From Vicinamibacteria bacterium (GTDB lineage Bacteria > Acidobacteriota > Vicinamibacteria > Fen-336), in NCBI GenBank assembly GCA_963578825.1, contig CAUZDW010000015.1, positions 6,703-70,702 on the forward strand: 64,000 nucleotides of DNA, in the 5' to 3' direction. Shown piece after piece: positions 10,062-20,309 of this stretch (its first letter is position 1; the number at the start of each line of letters is the position of its first letter). The translations under genes and the position numbers were made by a program. The notes below the pieces were generated by a model. That model was given only the letters and a program-made list of their open reading frames with translations, did no database searches and was not told the DNA's origin.

Positions 10062-12031
10062 GACCAGAGGAGATAGCCCAGGAGCGCCACAGCTCCCGCG
10101 AGGATGAGCAGCACGTACTGGCGCACGAGCCCGGTCTGCAGCGGACCAAGCGTCGCCGCCAGGGCTTTCGTCATGGAGCCGGCACGATTGACGGCGCCGT
10201 CGATGAGGCGGGCGTCGATCTGCTCCCAGAGCAGGGCGCGGCTCCCGTCGATCACCACCCGCCGGACGAATGCGTTGTAGACGTCATCCCAGTAGTACTT
10301 CGCCGCGAAGATCCGGAGCGCGGGACGGAGCGAGGAGGCGATGCTCGCCCGGGCGCCGGGAAGGGCCAGGTAGAGGTAGTAGGCGATGAGGATCCCCGCG
10401 ATGGCGGTGAGAGTCGCCAGAACGGGCAGCCACGCGACGTGGGCGAGATGCCCGTCGCCCACGCGAAACACCGGTCCCACGATCTCCGGGATCGAGACGA
10501 GATGCCACCCCTCCGGCTGGCCCAACTCCCCCGGTCTCCCGGGCAGCGGTATCCCGAAGCCCCCCACCGCCGAGGCGATGGCGAGAAGCACGAGGGGCAC
10601 CACCATGAGCCACGGCGACTCGCGCACGTGGTGCTCGGCATCGTCCCCGCCACGGAAGGTCCCGAAGAAGGTCAGGAAGACGAGCCTGGCCATGTAGAAG
10701 GAGGTCAGGAGCGCGGTGAAGAGACCGATCCCGAAGAGCACGGGATGCCCGAGAGCGGCCGCGAGGATCTCGTCCTTGCTGAAGAAGCCAGCGAAGAACG
10801 GGATGCCTGCAATCGCCAGGGTCCCCACGAGGAACGTCCCGAACGTCCACGGAATCTTCGTCCTGAGGCCGCCCATCCTCGTCATGTCCTGCTCGCCGGA
10901 CATGGCGTGGATCACCGAACCCGAGCCGAGGAAAAGAAGAGCCTTGAAGAAGGCGTGGGTGTAGAGGTGAAAGACCCCCACGCCGAACGCGCCCATGCCG
11001 CACGCCAGGAACATGTAGCCGAGCTGGCTCACGGTGGAGTAGGCGAGGACCCGCTTGATGTCGGTCTGGACGAGAGCGATGGTGGCGGCCATGAGCGCGG
11101 TCGCGGCGCCCACGACCGCGACGGTCATCATCGCCGTTTCCGACACGTGATAGAGCGGGCCGAGCCGAGCCACCATGTAGACTCCGGCGGTCACCATCGT
11201 CGCGGCGTGGATCAGCGCCGAGACCGGCGTCGGGCCCTCCATGGCGTCGGGAAGCCAGACGTGGAGCGGGATCTGGGCGCTCTTGCCGGTCGCCCCGATG
11301 AACAGGAGGAGGCACGCGATCGTCGCGGGACCGAACTCCCACAGCCTCTCGGGAGCCAGCGAGCCGGCGTTGTCGGCGATGTCCACCAGGTCGAGGCTTC
11401 CGAAGGCGTGGAACATGAACGCCATGCCGAGGATGAGCCCCACGTCGCCGATGCGGTTCACGATGAAGGCCTTGAGGCCCGCGGCCGACGCGCTGTCCTT
11501 GCGGTACCAGAACCCGATCAGGAGGTAGGAGCACAGGCCCACCCCCTCCCACCCCACGAACATCAAGGGGAGGTTTCCGCCCAGGACCAGCAGGAGCATG
11601 AAGAACGTGAAGAGGTTGAGGTACGAGAAAAAACGGACCCGTTCCTCGTCGTGGGCCATGTAGCCCAGCGAGTAGATGTGGATGAGCGCGCCCACGCCGG
11701 TGACCACCAGGGTCATGAGCGAGGAGAGCGGGTCCACGAGAAGGCTGAACGGCACGCGGAAGCCCCCGGCCTCCATCCACTCGAACCCCAGATAGGGCTG
11801 GGAGAACCTCAGGCCCGTCGGGCCTGCCACCAGGCCGTAGAGCCGCGCCGTCGTCCAGGCCGAAAGGCCGAACGCGATGAGCACGGTGGCGCAGGCGAGC
11901 CACCCGGCGCCGCTCTCTTCCTTGTCCCTCTTGATCCAGTCCCCGAAGAGGGCCAGGACGACGAAGCCGAGAAGCGGCAAGAGAAGTACAGCGATGGGCA
12001 GAACGGTGTCGAGTTTGGTCAGCTCGAGCAC
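10058..12031 (-). CDS. nuoL: NADH-quinone oxidoreductase subunit L
   Basis: 657 aa. Motifs HVWLPDAMEGPTPVSALIHAATMVTAGVY and KRVLAYSTVSQLGYMFLA, with a long C-terminal extension typical of NuoL. Confidence 0.9.
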   Translation of the reverse strand: MLELTKLDTVLPIAVLLLPLLGFVVLALFGDWIKRDKEESGAGWLACATVLIAFGLSAWTTARLYGLVAGPTGLRFSQPYLGFEWMEAGGFRVPFSLLVDPLSSLMTLVVTGVGALIHIYSLGYMAHDEERVRFFSYLNLFTFFMLLLVLGGNLPLMFVGWEGVGLCSYLLIGFWYRKDSASAAGLKAFIVNRIGDVGLILGMAFMFHAFGSLDLVDIADNAGSLAPERLWEFGPATIACLLLFIGATGKSAQIPLHVWLPDAMEGPTPVSALIHAATMVTAGVYMVARLGPLYHVSETAMMTVAVVGAATALMAATIALVQTDIKRVLAYSTVSQLGYMFLACGMGAFGVGVFHLYTHAFFKALLFLGSGSVIHAMSGEQDMTRMGGLRTKIPWTFGTFLVGTLAIAGIPFFAGFFSKDEILAAALGHPVLFGIGLFTALLTSFYMARLVFLTFFGTFRGGDDAEHHVRESPWLMVVPLVLLAIASAVGGFGIPLPGRPGELGQPEGWHLVSIPEIVGPVFRVGDGHLAHVAWLPVLATLTAIAGILIAYYLYLALPGARASIASSLRPALRIFAAKYYWDDVYNAFVRRVVIDGSRALLWEQIDARLIDGAVNRAGSMTKALAATLGPLQTGLVRQYVLLILAGAVALLGYLLWS

Positions 12032-12032
12032 G

Positions 12033-12344
12033 CTATCCCTTCAAGAGGTTGAACGCGTCCAGGTCCAGCGTGTCCTTGTGCCGATCGAGCGCGATGACGA
12101 TGGCGAGCCCGACCGCCGCTTCCGACGCGGCCACCACCATGACGAAGAACACCAGGACCTGGCCGTCGAGAGTGCCGTGTGCCCGGCTGAACGCCACGAA
12201 GGCCAGGTTCACACCGTTCAGCATGAGCTCGATGCACATGAGCACGGTGATGACGTTGCGCCGGAGGAAGACGCCAAGGACACCGAGGGCGAAGAGAACG
12301 AGGCTCAGCAGGATCGCGTGGTGGACGAAGCCGGGACTCTCCAT
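12033..12344 (-). CDS. nuoK: NADH-quinone oxidoreductase subunit K
   Basis: 103 aa: [53 protein letters not shown] took the internal ATG at 12342-12344 as the start; the ORF track extends upstream into garbage. Confidence 0.85.
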   Translation of the reverse strand: MESPGFVHHAILLSLVLFALGVLGVFLRRNVITVLMCIELMLNGVNLAFVAFSRAHGTLDGQVLVFFVMVVAASEAAVGLAIVIALDRHKDTLDLDAFNLLKG

Positions 12345-12348
12345 GACG

Positions 12349-12843
12349 CTAGAGCTCCTTCTTCGCCAGCACCACTGCTCCCACGAGGGCAGCGAGGATG
12401 AGGATGGAGGTGGCCTCGAAGGCGTAGAGGAACTGCGGCGAGAAGAGGATCCGGGCCATCTCGACGGTCGAGGCATCGAAGCTCGGCGCCGGCGCCAGCT
12501 CGAAGCGCAGCAGGACCGTCCCCGCCTGGAGGACCAGGAGCGCCACCAGGGCCAGCGCCAGGCCACGCAGGGTACGCGCGCCTTCGCCGGGGCCGTCCTC
12601 CTCTCGTTTCACGTTCAGGAGCATCAGGACGAAGAGGAAGAGCACCATGATCGCGCCCGCGTAGACGATCACCTGCAGGACGGCGATGAAGGGCGAGCCC
12701 AGGAGCCCGAAGATGACCGCGACCGAGCAAAGGGTCACGATGAGGGCAAGGGCCGAGTACATCGGGTTGCGCTGGGAGATGACGACCACTGCCGAGGCGA
12801 CGGCGATGGCGGCGAAGGCGTAGAAGAGGATCGCGTCCATCAT
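12349..12843 (-). CDS. nuoJ: NADH-quinone oxidoreductase subunit J
   Basis: 164 aa: [72 protein letters not shown]. The start overlaps the nuoH stop by ATGA. No nuoI lies between nuoH and nuoJ. Confidence 0.8.
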   Translation of the reverse strand: MMDAILFYAFAAIAVASAVVVISQRNPMYSALALIVTLCSVAVIFGLLGSPFIAVLQVIVYAGAIMVLFLFVLMLLNVKREEDGPGEGARTLRGLALALVALLVLQAGTVLLRFELAPAPSFDASTVEMARILFSPQFLYAFEATSILILAALVGAVVLAKKEL

Positions 12844-13874
12844 CAACCCGAGATCGCCACCCAGGCGGCGAACACCATGACCCAGACGGCCACCAGCGGA
12901 ATCAGCACCTTCCACCCCAGGTGCATGAGCTGATCGTAGCGAAAGCGGGGCAGCGTGGCCCGCAGCCAGATGAAGACGAAGAGGAAGAAAGCGACCTTCA
13001 AGCCCCACCACACGAAGCCCAGGGGGAACCCGGCCAGGGTCTCCGGCATCCCGGGGATGCCCGAGTGCCAGCCGCCGAGGAAGAGGTTTGCGAGCAGCAC
13101 GGTCACGGTGATCATGTTGATGTACTCGGCCATCTGGATGAGCGCGAAGCGCATCGACGAGTACTCTGTGTGGAAGCCCGCCACGAGCTCGCTTTCGGCC
13201 TCGGGGAGATCGAAGGGGGTCCGGGCGACCTCCGCCGTGGCTGCGAGGACGTACACGAGGAAGGCGGGGAAATGCAGGAAGACGTTCCAGTTCAGGAACC
13301 ACCCCGACTGGTCTGCAACGATGTCGTTGATGCGGAACGACCGGGCGGCCATGATCAGGGTCACCCAGGAGAACCCCAGCGCGAGCTCGTAGGAGAACAT
13401 CTGAGCCGACGACCTGAGGCCGCCGAGGAGCGAGTACTTGTTGTTGGCGGCCCACCCTGCGATCACGATCCCATAGACCCCGATGGCCGTCACAGCTAAG
13501 ATGAAAAGCAGCCCCACCTCGATGTCGGCGATCTGGATCTGAAGCCTCCGGCCGAAGGCCTGGAAGGGCGGGCCGTACGGGATCACCGCCGTCGCCAGGA
13601 GCGCCGTCGCCACAGCCACCACCGGAGCCGCCAGAAAGGCCCACTTGTCGGCTGCCGCGGGCATCGCCTCTTCCTTGAAGAAGAGCTTGATCCCGTCGGC
13701 GACGGGCTGGAGGATGCCGAAGGGGCCGGTCCTGTTCGGGCCGAGCCGATACTGCATGAGGGCGAGGGTGCGCCGTTCGACCCACGTCATGAGCGAGAAA
13801 CCCCCGAGCAGCGCGCTGATCACGATGACGATGGTGACGACGGCGATCAGGAGCTCCTCGGCCAGGGATGTCAC
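12843..13874 (-). CDS. nuoH: NADH-quinone oxidoreductase subunit H
   Basis: 343 aa: MQYRLGPNRTGPFGILQPVADGIKLFFKEE...FDLPEAESELVAGFHTEYS, a canonical NuoH/ND1. Confidence 0.9.
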   Translation of the reverse strand: MTSLAEELLIAVVTIVIVISALLGGFSLMTWVERRTLALMQYRLGPNRTGPFGILQPVADGIKLFFKEEAMPAAADKWAFLAAPVVAVATALLATAVIPYGPPFQAFGRRLQIQIADIEVGLLFILAVTAIGVYGIVIAGWAANNKYSLLGGLRSSAQMFSYELALGFSWVTLIMAARSFRINDIVADQSGWFLNWNVFLHFPAFLVYVLAATAEVARTPFDLPEAESELVAGFHTEYSSMRFALIQMAEYINMITVTVLLANLFLGGWHSGIPGMPETLAGFPLGFVWWGLKVAFFLFVFIWLRATLPRFRYDQLMHLGWKVLIPLVAVWVMVFAAWVAISG

Positions 13875-15706
13875 GCGGGGACCGCCTTGCCCGTCCTGGC
13901 CCCGGCGCTGGCCTTCGCCTTCGCCTTTACTTCTTCAAAGGTGGGCGCCACCGACTTCCAGCAACGCTTCTCGCGAACGTGGTACTCGAACTCCTCCCGA
14001 AACTTCGTGAGCGACGACCGGGGAGGAGCGATTGCGGCGTCCCCGAACGGGCAGACCGTCTTTCCCGCGATCGAGTCCGTGATCTTCCAGAGAAGGTCCA
14101 GGTCCTTCTCCTCCGCCTCGCCCGCCTCGATTCGCTCGAGCAGCCGCAGCATCCAGCCCGTCCCCTCCCTGCAGGGGGAGCACTTGCCGCAGGACTCGTG
14201 CTTGTAGAAGTACGAGAGGTTCTTGGCCATCCACACCATGCAGGTGGAGTCGTCCATCACGATGGTCCCCGCCGAGCCGAGCATCGAGCCCGCTTTGGCC
14301 ACGCTGTCAAAGTCCATGGCGATGTCGATCTCGTCCGGCGTGAGGACCGGGGTCGACGAGCCCCCGGGAACCACCGCCTTGAGCTTGCGGCCGTTCCTGA
14401 GCCCCTGGGCGTATCCCTGATCGAAGATCAGGTCACGGAGGGTGATCCGCCCCATCGGGGCCTCGTAGCTTCCCGGACGCACGACGTGGCCGCTGATGGA
14501 GTAGAGCTTGGGTCCCCCGTTCTTCTCGGTCCCGTAGCTGGCAAACCACTCCGCCCCCCGCTCGAGGACGAGAGGCACGTTGGCCAGCGTCTCCACGTTG
14601 TTCACGATCGTCGGACAGCCGTACACCCCGACCACCGCCGGGAAGGGAGGCTTGATGCGAGGCTGGCCGCGCTTTCCTTCCAGGGACTCGATGAGGGCCG
14701 TTTCCTCGCCGCACTCGTACGAGCCGGCGCCGCGATGGACCCACACGTCCACGCCGGTGCCGAGCACGTTCTTGCCGACGATTCCCGCCGCCCGCGCCGT
14801 GGCGAGTTCCACGAGGGTGCGCGCACCCTCGTGGAACTCGCCACGGATGTAGATGTAGGCCGTCTTCGAACGGATCGCGTGGCACGAGACGACGATGGCC
14901 TCGATGAGCCGATGCGGGTCCCGCTCGAGGATCACGCGGTCCTTGTAGGTGCCAGGCTCGCTCTCATCGGCGTTGACGCAGAGATAGCGGGGCTTCGGGT
15001 TGTCCTTGGGCAGGAAGCCCCACTTCATCCCCGTGGGGAACCCGGCCCCTCCGCGACCGCGAAGGCCCGAGCGCTTGACCGTCTCGATGATGTCCCCGGG
15101 CTCCAGCTTCAGCCACTCGCCCAGCTTCGCGTAGCCCCCGGAGGCCTTGTACACGTCGATGGAGGTGGAGTTCTCCTTCCAGACGTTCTGAAAGAGGATG
15201 TGCTCGCCGGGGCTCTTCGGCCAGTCGAAGGTGCGCCGAACCGTCTCGCCGGCGAGGACGTGGTCGATGTCCGATTCCGAGGCGTGCTCGAGCCACTCGC
15301 CGTTCACCTGCACGGCCGGCGCCCCACCGCAGGCGGCGAGGCATTCGACCTCCTTGACCGTGAACTTCCCGTCCCCGGTGGTGCCCCCGGCTTCGATCCC
15401 GAGCTTGCGGCAGGCGTGCCCGAGGAGGCCCTCCGAGCCGCCGAGGGCACACGACAACGTGGTGCAGACCTCGATGAGGGTCTTTCCCTTCGGCTGGAGG
15501 TGGAACATCGTGTAGAAGCTGGCGGTGTCCTTCACCTGCGCGGGGCTCAGGTCCAGAAGCGTCCCGACGTACTCCATCGCCTCGGGGCTGATCCAGCCCT
15601 CCTGCTCCTGAACCAGCCGGAGCGCCGGCAGGAGGGCGGAGCGCTTCACCGGGTAGCGGGCGACGGTGTCCTCGAAGGTCTTCAGGTTGTCGGGGGTGAG
15701 CTCCAT
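13871..15706 (-). CDS. nuoEF: fused NADH dehydrogenase flavoprotein module, NuoE-like thioredoxin-fold [2Fe-2S] domain plus NuoF
   Basis: N-terminal 170 aa carry NuoE motifs CTTLSCALGGS...ECLAACGGAPAVQVNG. The same frame continues without a stop into NuoF: GRGGAGFPTGMKWGF, CNADESEPGTYKDR, ESCGKCSPCREGTGW. I took the start as the MELTPDNL ATG at 15704-15706, 4 nt after the nuoA stop. The stop overlaps the nuoH start by ATGA. Confidence 0.85.
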   Translation of the reverse strand: MELTPDNLKTFEDTVARYPVKRSALLPALRLVQEQEGWISPEAMEYVGTLLDLSPAQVKDTASFYTMFHLQPKGKTLIEVCTTLSCALGGSEGLLGHACRKLGIEAGGTTGDGKFTVKEVECLAACGGAPAVQVNGEWLEHASESDIDHVLAGETVRRTFDWPKSPGEHILFQNVWKENSTSIDVYKASGGYAKLGEWLKLEPGDIIETVKRSGLRGRGGAGFPTGMKWGFLPKDNPKPRYLCVNADESEPGTYKDRVILERDPHRLIEAIVVSCHAIRSKTAYIYIRGEFHEGARTLVELATARAAGIVGKNVLGTGVDVWVHRGAGSYECGEETALIESLEGKRGQPRIKPPFPAVVGVYGCPTIVNNVETLANVPLVLERGAEWFASYGTEKNGGPKLYSISGHVVRPGSYEAPMGRITLRDLIFDQGYAQGLRNGRKLKAVVPGGSSTPVLTPDEIDIAMDFDSVAKAGSMLGSAGTIVMDDSTCMVWMAKNLSYFYKHESCGKCSPCREGTGWMLRLLERIEAGEAEEKDLDLLWKITDSIAGKTVCPFGDAAIAPPRSSLTKFREEFEYHVREKRCWKSVAPTFEEVKAKAKASAGARTGKAVPA

Positions 15707-15710
15707 TGCG

Positions 15711-16061
15711 CTACCAGTCCATGGCTCCGACTCTCCATTCGTAGACGAAGCCGACACCGAGGACGAAGAAGAAGCCGCCCATGACGCTCAGGCCGTAGAC
15801 GCCCAGCTCGTCGAGGATGAGGGCCCACGGATAGAAGAAGGCCGTTTCCACGTCGAAGAGAATGAACAGCATGCACACGAGGTAGAACTTGACCGGGAAC
15901 CGCTCCCGGGCTGTCCCCACCGGGGGCACACCGCACTCGTACGTGCTCAGCTTCCCCTCGTCCGGACGAGGACGCCCCAGGAGGTTCGACATGGCCAGGG
16001 TGAAAACGCCGAAGCCGACTGCTACCGCGCCCAAGATCACGATCGGGAGGTAGCTGGGCAT
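15711..16061 (-). CDS. nuoA: NADH-quinone oxidoreductase subunit A
   Basis: 116 aa: YECGVPPVGTARERFPVKFYLVCMLFILFDVETAFFYPWA. First gene of the minus-strand operon; divergent from pyk. Confidence 0.85.
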   Translation of the reverse strand: MPSYLPIVILGAVAVGFGVFTLAMSNLLGRPRPDEGKLSTYECGVPPVGTARERFPVKFYLVCMLFILFDVETAFFYPWALILDELGVYGLSVMGGFFFVLGVGFVYEWRVGAMDW

Positions 16062-16264
16062 GGTCAGAGCGTCTGGCGATCGCGCGGAAGCGATCCTGTG
16101 TTATCGGTGAACGCCGGCGAGCAGGGACGGCAGTCGACGCCGGAATATAGCGTCCGGCCTCGCAGGGTGTCAAACCCCCCGATGGTCCAGATGCCCGCAA
16201 ATGCGTGTGAACAAGCGCCTCCCGACGATCGCGTGGCCGTGCTGGCTTATACTCGTCGCGACTC

Positions 16265-17673
<1,409 letters not shown>

Positions 17674-17677
<4 letters not shown>

Positions 17678-18120
17678 CGAAAACGCCCCGGGACCAGGCC
17701 TGTGTCGGGCGTTTTGGGGTCGCGACGGCGGCGGGGCTCGTCGTGACCCTGGCCCTTCTCTGCGCCTGCTCGCGCCATCCCGATCCCAAGAATTACAAGT
17801 TCCCACCAGCCGAGGCCCCGGCGGTGGGCACGACGGCGGAAGGAATTGCGTCCTGGTACGGTCCCGGCTACCACGGCAAGACCACGGCCAGCGGCGAGAG
17901 GTTCGACCAGGACGCCCTGACGGCCGCACACCCCTACTGGGCGTTCGGCACCCGGGTGAAGGTGACGCTGGTCTCCACGGGCAAGAGCACGGTGGTGCGC
18001 ATCAACGACCGCTTCCCGGCATACAAGGGGAGGCTCATCGACGTCTCCCGGGGCACTGCCAGGGAGATCGGGCTCATCGGGCCGGGCACGGGGACGGTGC
18101 GGCTCGAGGTGGTGCGGTAG
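17674..18120 (+). CDS. RlpA-like lipoprotein (double-psi beta-barrel, septal-ring lytic transglycosylase family)
   Basis: GTG start overlaps the pyk stop (GTGA). Signal peptide plus LLCAC lipobox. GIASWYGPGYHGKTTASGERFDQDALTAAHPYWAFGTRVKVT...VVRINDRFPAYKGRLIDVSRGTAREIGL is the RlpA DPBB signature. Confidence 0.7.
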
Positions 18121-18252
18121 GATCTCGACGTCCGCCTATCCTCTTTTTGGGGCTGCAGTTACCCGGTTGAGGGGCGATCGCCGCAGCCACGGGGAAAGTC
18201 CGCCACCCGGGGGGCGCAAAAGGTCTACACTGAGGCCCCCTTTCGAGGTCAC

Positions 18253-18956
18253 ATGCACAACGCATCCAGCCAAGGCCAGGTGATCCTGGACCGGGCCTAC
18301 GACGCCTTTTCCGGCAAGGGGCTCGTCTACCAGGGGATGGACCATCTCGTGGGCAGCCTGGCGGACATGCGCTGGAGCTGGACCTCGGGAGCCCGGGGAT
18401 GCTGGAGGACCTCCGGGAGTTCTGCGATCGAGTCGCCCGGCCCGAGATGCACCACGACACCGAGCATGTCTACACCTGCGGTGCGGGCCAGAACTCGTTC
18501 ACCGTGGATCCCTATGGTCGCCTCCAGATGTGCCAGCTCTCGCGCAAGAACTTCCATGATCTGAGCGAAGACACCTTCGCCAAGGGCTGGCACGAGCTGT
18601 TTCCGCGGCTGCGGGCCCGCACGTGGCAATCGAACGACACGTGCCGGACATGCAACCTGATGTCGCTCTGCGGAAGCTGCCCCGGCGCCGCAGAGATGGA
18701 GACGGGCGACCCCGAAGCCATCATCCCCGGTTTCTGCGAGGTCACGCACCTGCGGGCCTGGGCTGCGATGGGAGAAGGGAGCGGTCACAGAAGGGATGCG
18801 ACGTGCTGCCTGGGCGACGGGCACCTGGCAGCCCGCCCCGACGACGAGGTGGCGGCACGGCTGGGCGGGGGCTGCGGCTCGTGCGGTCACGCCTCGCCCG
18901 AACCGGAGGAGCGTCTGGTGAAGCTGGAGCGGCGACGCGCTCCGGCCCGTTCCTGA
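18253..18956 (+). pseudogene. radical SAM/SPASM peptide-maturase remnant; only the linker and SPASM domain survive, and there is an internal frameshift
   Basis: 18399-18956 encodes a complete SPASM/twitch domain: CGAGQNSFTVDPYGRLQMCQ...CRTCNLMSLCGSCPG...PGFCE, with 7 Cys. About 45 protein-like codons (QVILDRAYDAFSGKGLVYQGMDHLVGSLADM) lie upstream in another frame. No radical-SAM core (CxxxCxxC barrel) can fit, because the rlpA-like gene ends at 18120. Confidence 0.55.
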
Positions 18957-18961
18957 CCGGC

Positions 18962-19825
18962 GTGCCCCGCCGCACTCTGCGCCTGAGCGTTGGCGGCCTG
19001 GTTCTCGCCGTCGAGTCCCGCCGTCCCACCCCGGCACTCGATCCCCCACCGGACCTCGAGCCCTTTCTCGTGCGGCGGGGCGCCGACATCCGCCTCTCGC
19101 TTTCGGAAGAGGCTCCACCTCCCCCCGAAGGCGAGCTGCTCTTCGACTCCGGCGGCGTCTGGCGAGTGCACCGTCATGGCGGCCAGCTCCTCTACGACTT
19201 CCGCGTCCCGAGGCTTCGTCCTCCGGTCTACAAGGCGGTGGTCGTCGACGAGGGCCTGAGGAAAGGCCGCCTGCACTTCCCGCGCTTCGAGGGGGGACCG
19301 GCCTGGTCCCTCGACTACCCGCTGGACGAGCTGCTCTTTCAGCACCGTCTCGTTCGTGAAGGAGCAATCGAGGTCCACGCCTGCGCCGTCGCCTGGCGCG
19401 GCCGCGCCGCGGTTCTCTGCGGCCAATCGGGAGCCGGCAAGTCGACCACCGCCCACCTGTGGCGCCGCCACACCCGCGGAGCCCGCATTCTCTCGGACGA
19501 TCGCGTGGTCCTCAGGCCATCGGCGCGAGGGGTGCGGGCCTGGGGCACGCCGTGGCACGGTGACGGGGGTTTCGCCTTGCCGGAGTCGTCGCCCGTTGGC
19601 GCGATCTTCTTCCTGCGACACGGGCGCCGGACCCGTGTGCGCCCCCTCGGGCGCGCCCAGGCCGCGGCCCGGCTCCTCGCCCGCGGCTTTCCGCCACCCT
19701 GGGATTCCCGGGCCATGGCCCGCGCCCTCGACACCTGCGCGGCGGTGACGTCCGCCGTCCCGGCTTTCGAGCTGGCCTTCTGTCCGGATCGAAGTGCGGT
19801 CCACGCCGTGCGGGAGATCCTCTGA
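18962..19825 (+). CDS. HprK-related kinase (HPr kinase C-terminal-domain-like P-loop protein)
   Basis: AIEVHACAVAWRGRAAVLCGQSGAGKSTTAHLWRRHTRGARILSDDRVVL matches the HprK C-domain Walker A GxSGxGKS plus LVADD-like motif. A GTG start at 18962 is proposed; the listed ORF extends upstream into garbage overlapping the SPASM frame. Confidence 0.6.
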   Translation: MPRRTLRLSVGGLVLAVESRRPTPALDPPPDLEPFLVRRGADIRLSLSEEAPPPPEGELLFDSGGVWRVHRHGGQLLYDFRVPRLRPPVYKAVVVDEGLRKGRLHFPRFEGGPAWSLDYPLDELLFQHRLVREGAIEVHACAVAWRGRAAVLCGQSGAGKSTTAHLWRRHTRGARILSDDRVVLRPSARGVRAWGTPWHGDGGFALPESSPVGAIFFLRHGRRTRVRPLGRAQAAARLLARGFPPPWDSRAMARALDTCAAVTSAVPAFELAFCPDRSAVHAVREIL

Positions 19826-19832
19826 CCGGAGG

Positions 19833-20309
19833 CTAGAGGAGGGGCTCCCCCGCCTTGAGGACCCAGGCGCTGTGATGCTGCTTGAATCCGATCCGGGGGT
19901 AGTGCCCCTCCGCCGCCGGCGCCGAGAGCAGGATGAGCGTCGCTTCGGGCGCCGCCGCGCGCGTTCTCTGGATCAGCGCCCGACCAACACCGCTGCGATG
20001 GTAGGAGAGTCGCACCGCGATGTCGGAAAGGTACGTCGCGTAGTGAAAGTCGCTCACCGAGCGGGAGATCCCCACGAGCACGTCGTCGTCCCACGCGGTG
20101 ATCACCAGGTTGGCGTGACGCAGCATCCCGGCCATGCGCTCACGATCGGAGACCGGGCGCCGCTCTCCCAGCGTCGAATCTCCGTAGAGGTCGATCATCG
20201 CGTCGATGTCAAGATCGTTTCCGCTGTGGTACTGAATCACGCAGCCGTCCTTCCCGCCCGGTCGTTCCGTATCGTTTGATCCGGCTCCTCGCGCGAGCCT
20301 GGCCCGCAT
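19833..20309 (-). CDS. GNAT-family N-acetyltransferase
   Basis: HRSGVGRALIQRTRAAA is an acetyl-CoA-binding Q/RxxGxG/A motif, with GNAT-like beta-strand context. An alternative GTG start lies at 20240. Confidence 0.6.
   Translation of the reverse strand: MRARLARGAGSNDTERPGGKDGCVIQYHSGNDLDIDAMIDLYGDSTLGERRPVSDRERMAGMLRHANLVITAWDDDVLVGISRSVSDFHYATYLSDIAVRLSYHRSGVGRALIQRTRAAAPEATLILLSAPAAEGHYPRIGFKQHHSAWVLKAGEPLL

Noticed and set aside
13871-15757. Treating the 628-aa ORF as two separate genes (nuoE and nuoF), and using the listed start at 15757
   Set aside because: No stop codon separates the NuoE-like and NuoF-like parts. The start at 15757 would overlap nuoA by 47 nt. The ATG at 15706 (MELTPDNL...) gives a canonical NuoE N-terminus 4 nt after the nuoA stop.
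16062-16264. Promoter calls in the divergent nuoA/pyk intergenic region (for example TATACT at about 16247-16252)
   Set aside because: The -10-like hexamer sits only about 11 nt from the pyk ATG and there is no convincing -35. This lineage's promoter consensus is unknown, so no feature was called.
18164-18177. The palindrome ggggcgatcgcccc between rlpA and the SPASM remnant, as a possible repeat element or terminator
   Set aside because: It occurs once, has no flanking T-tract and no second copy in the window. It is more likely a chance GC palindrome.
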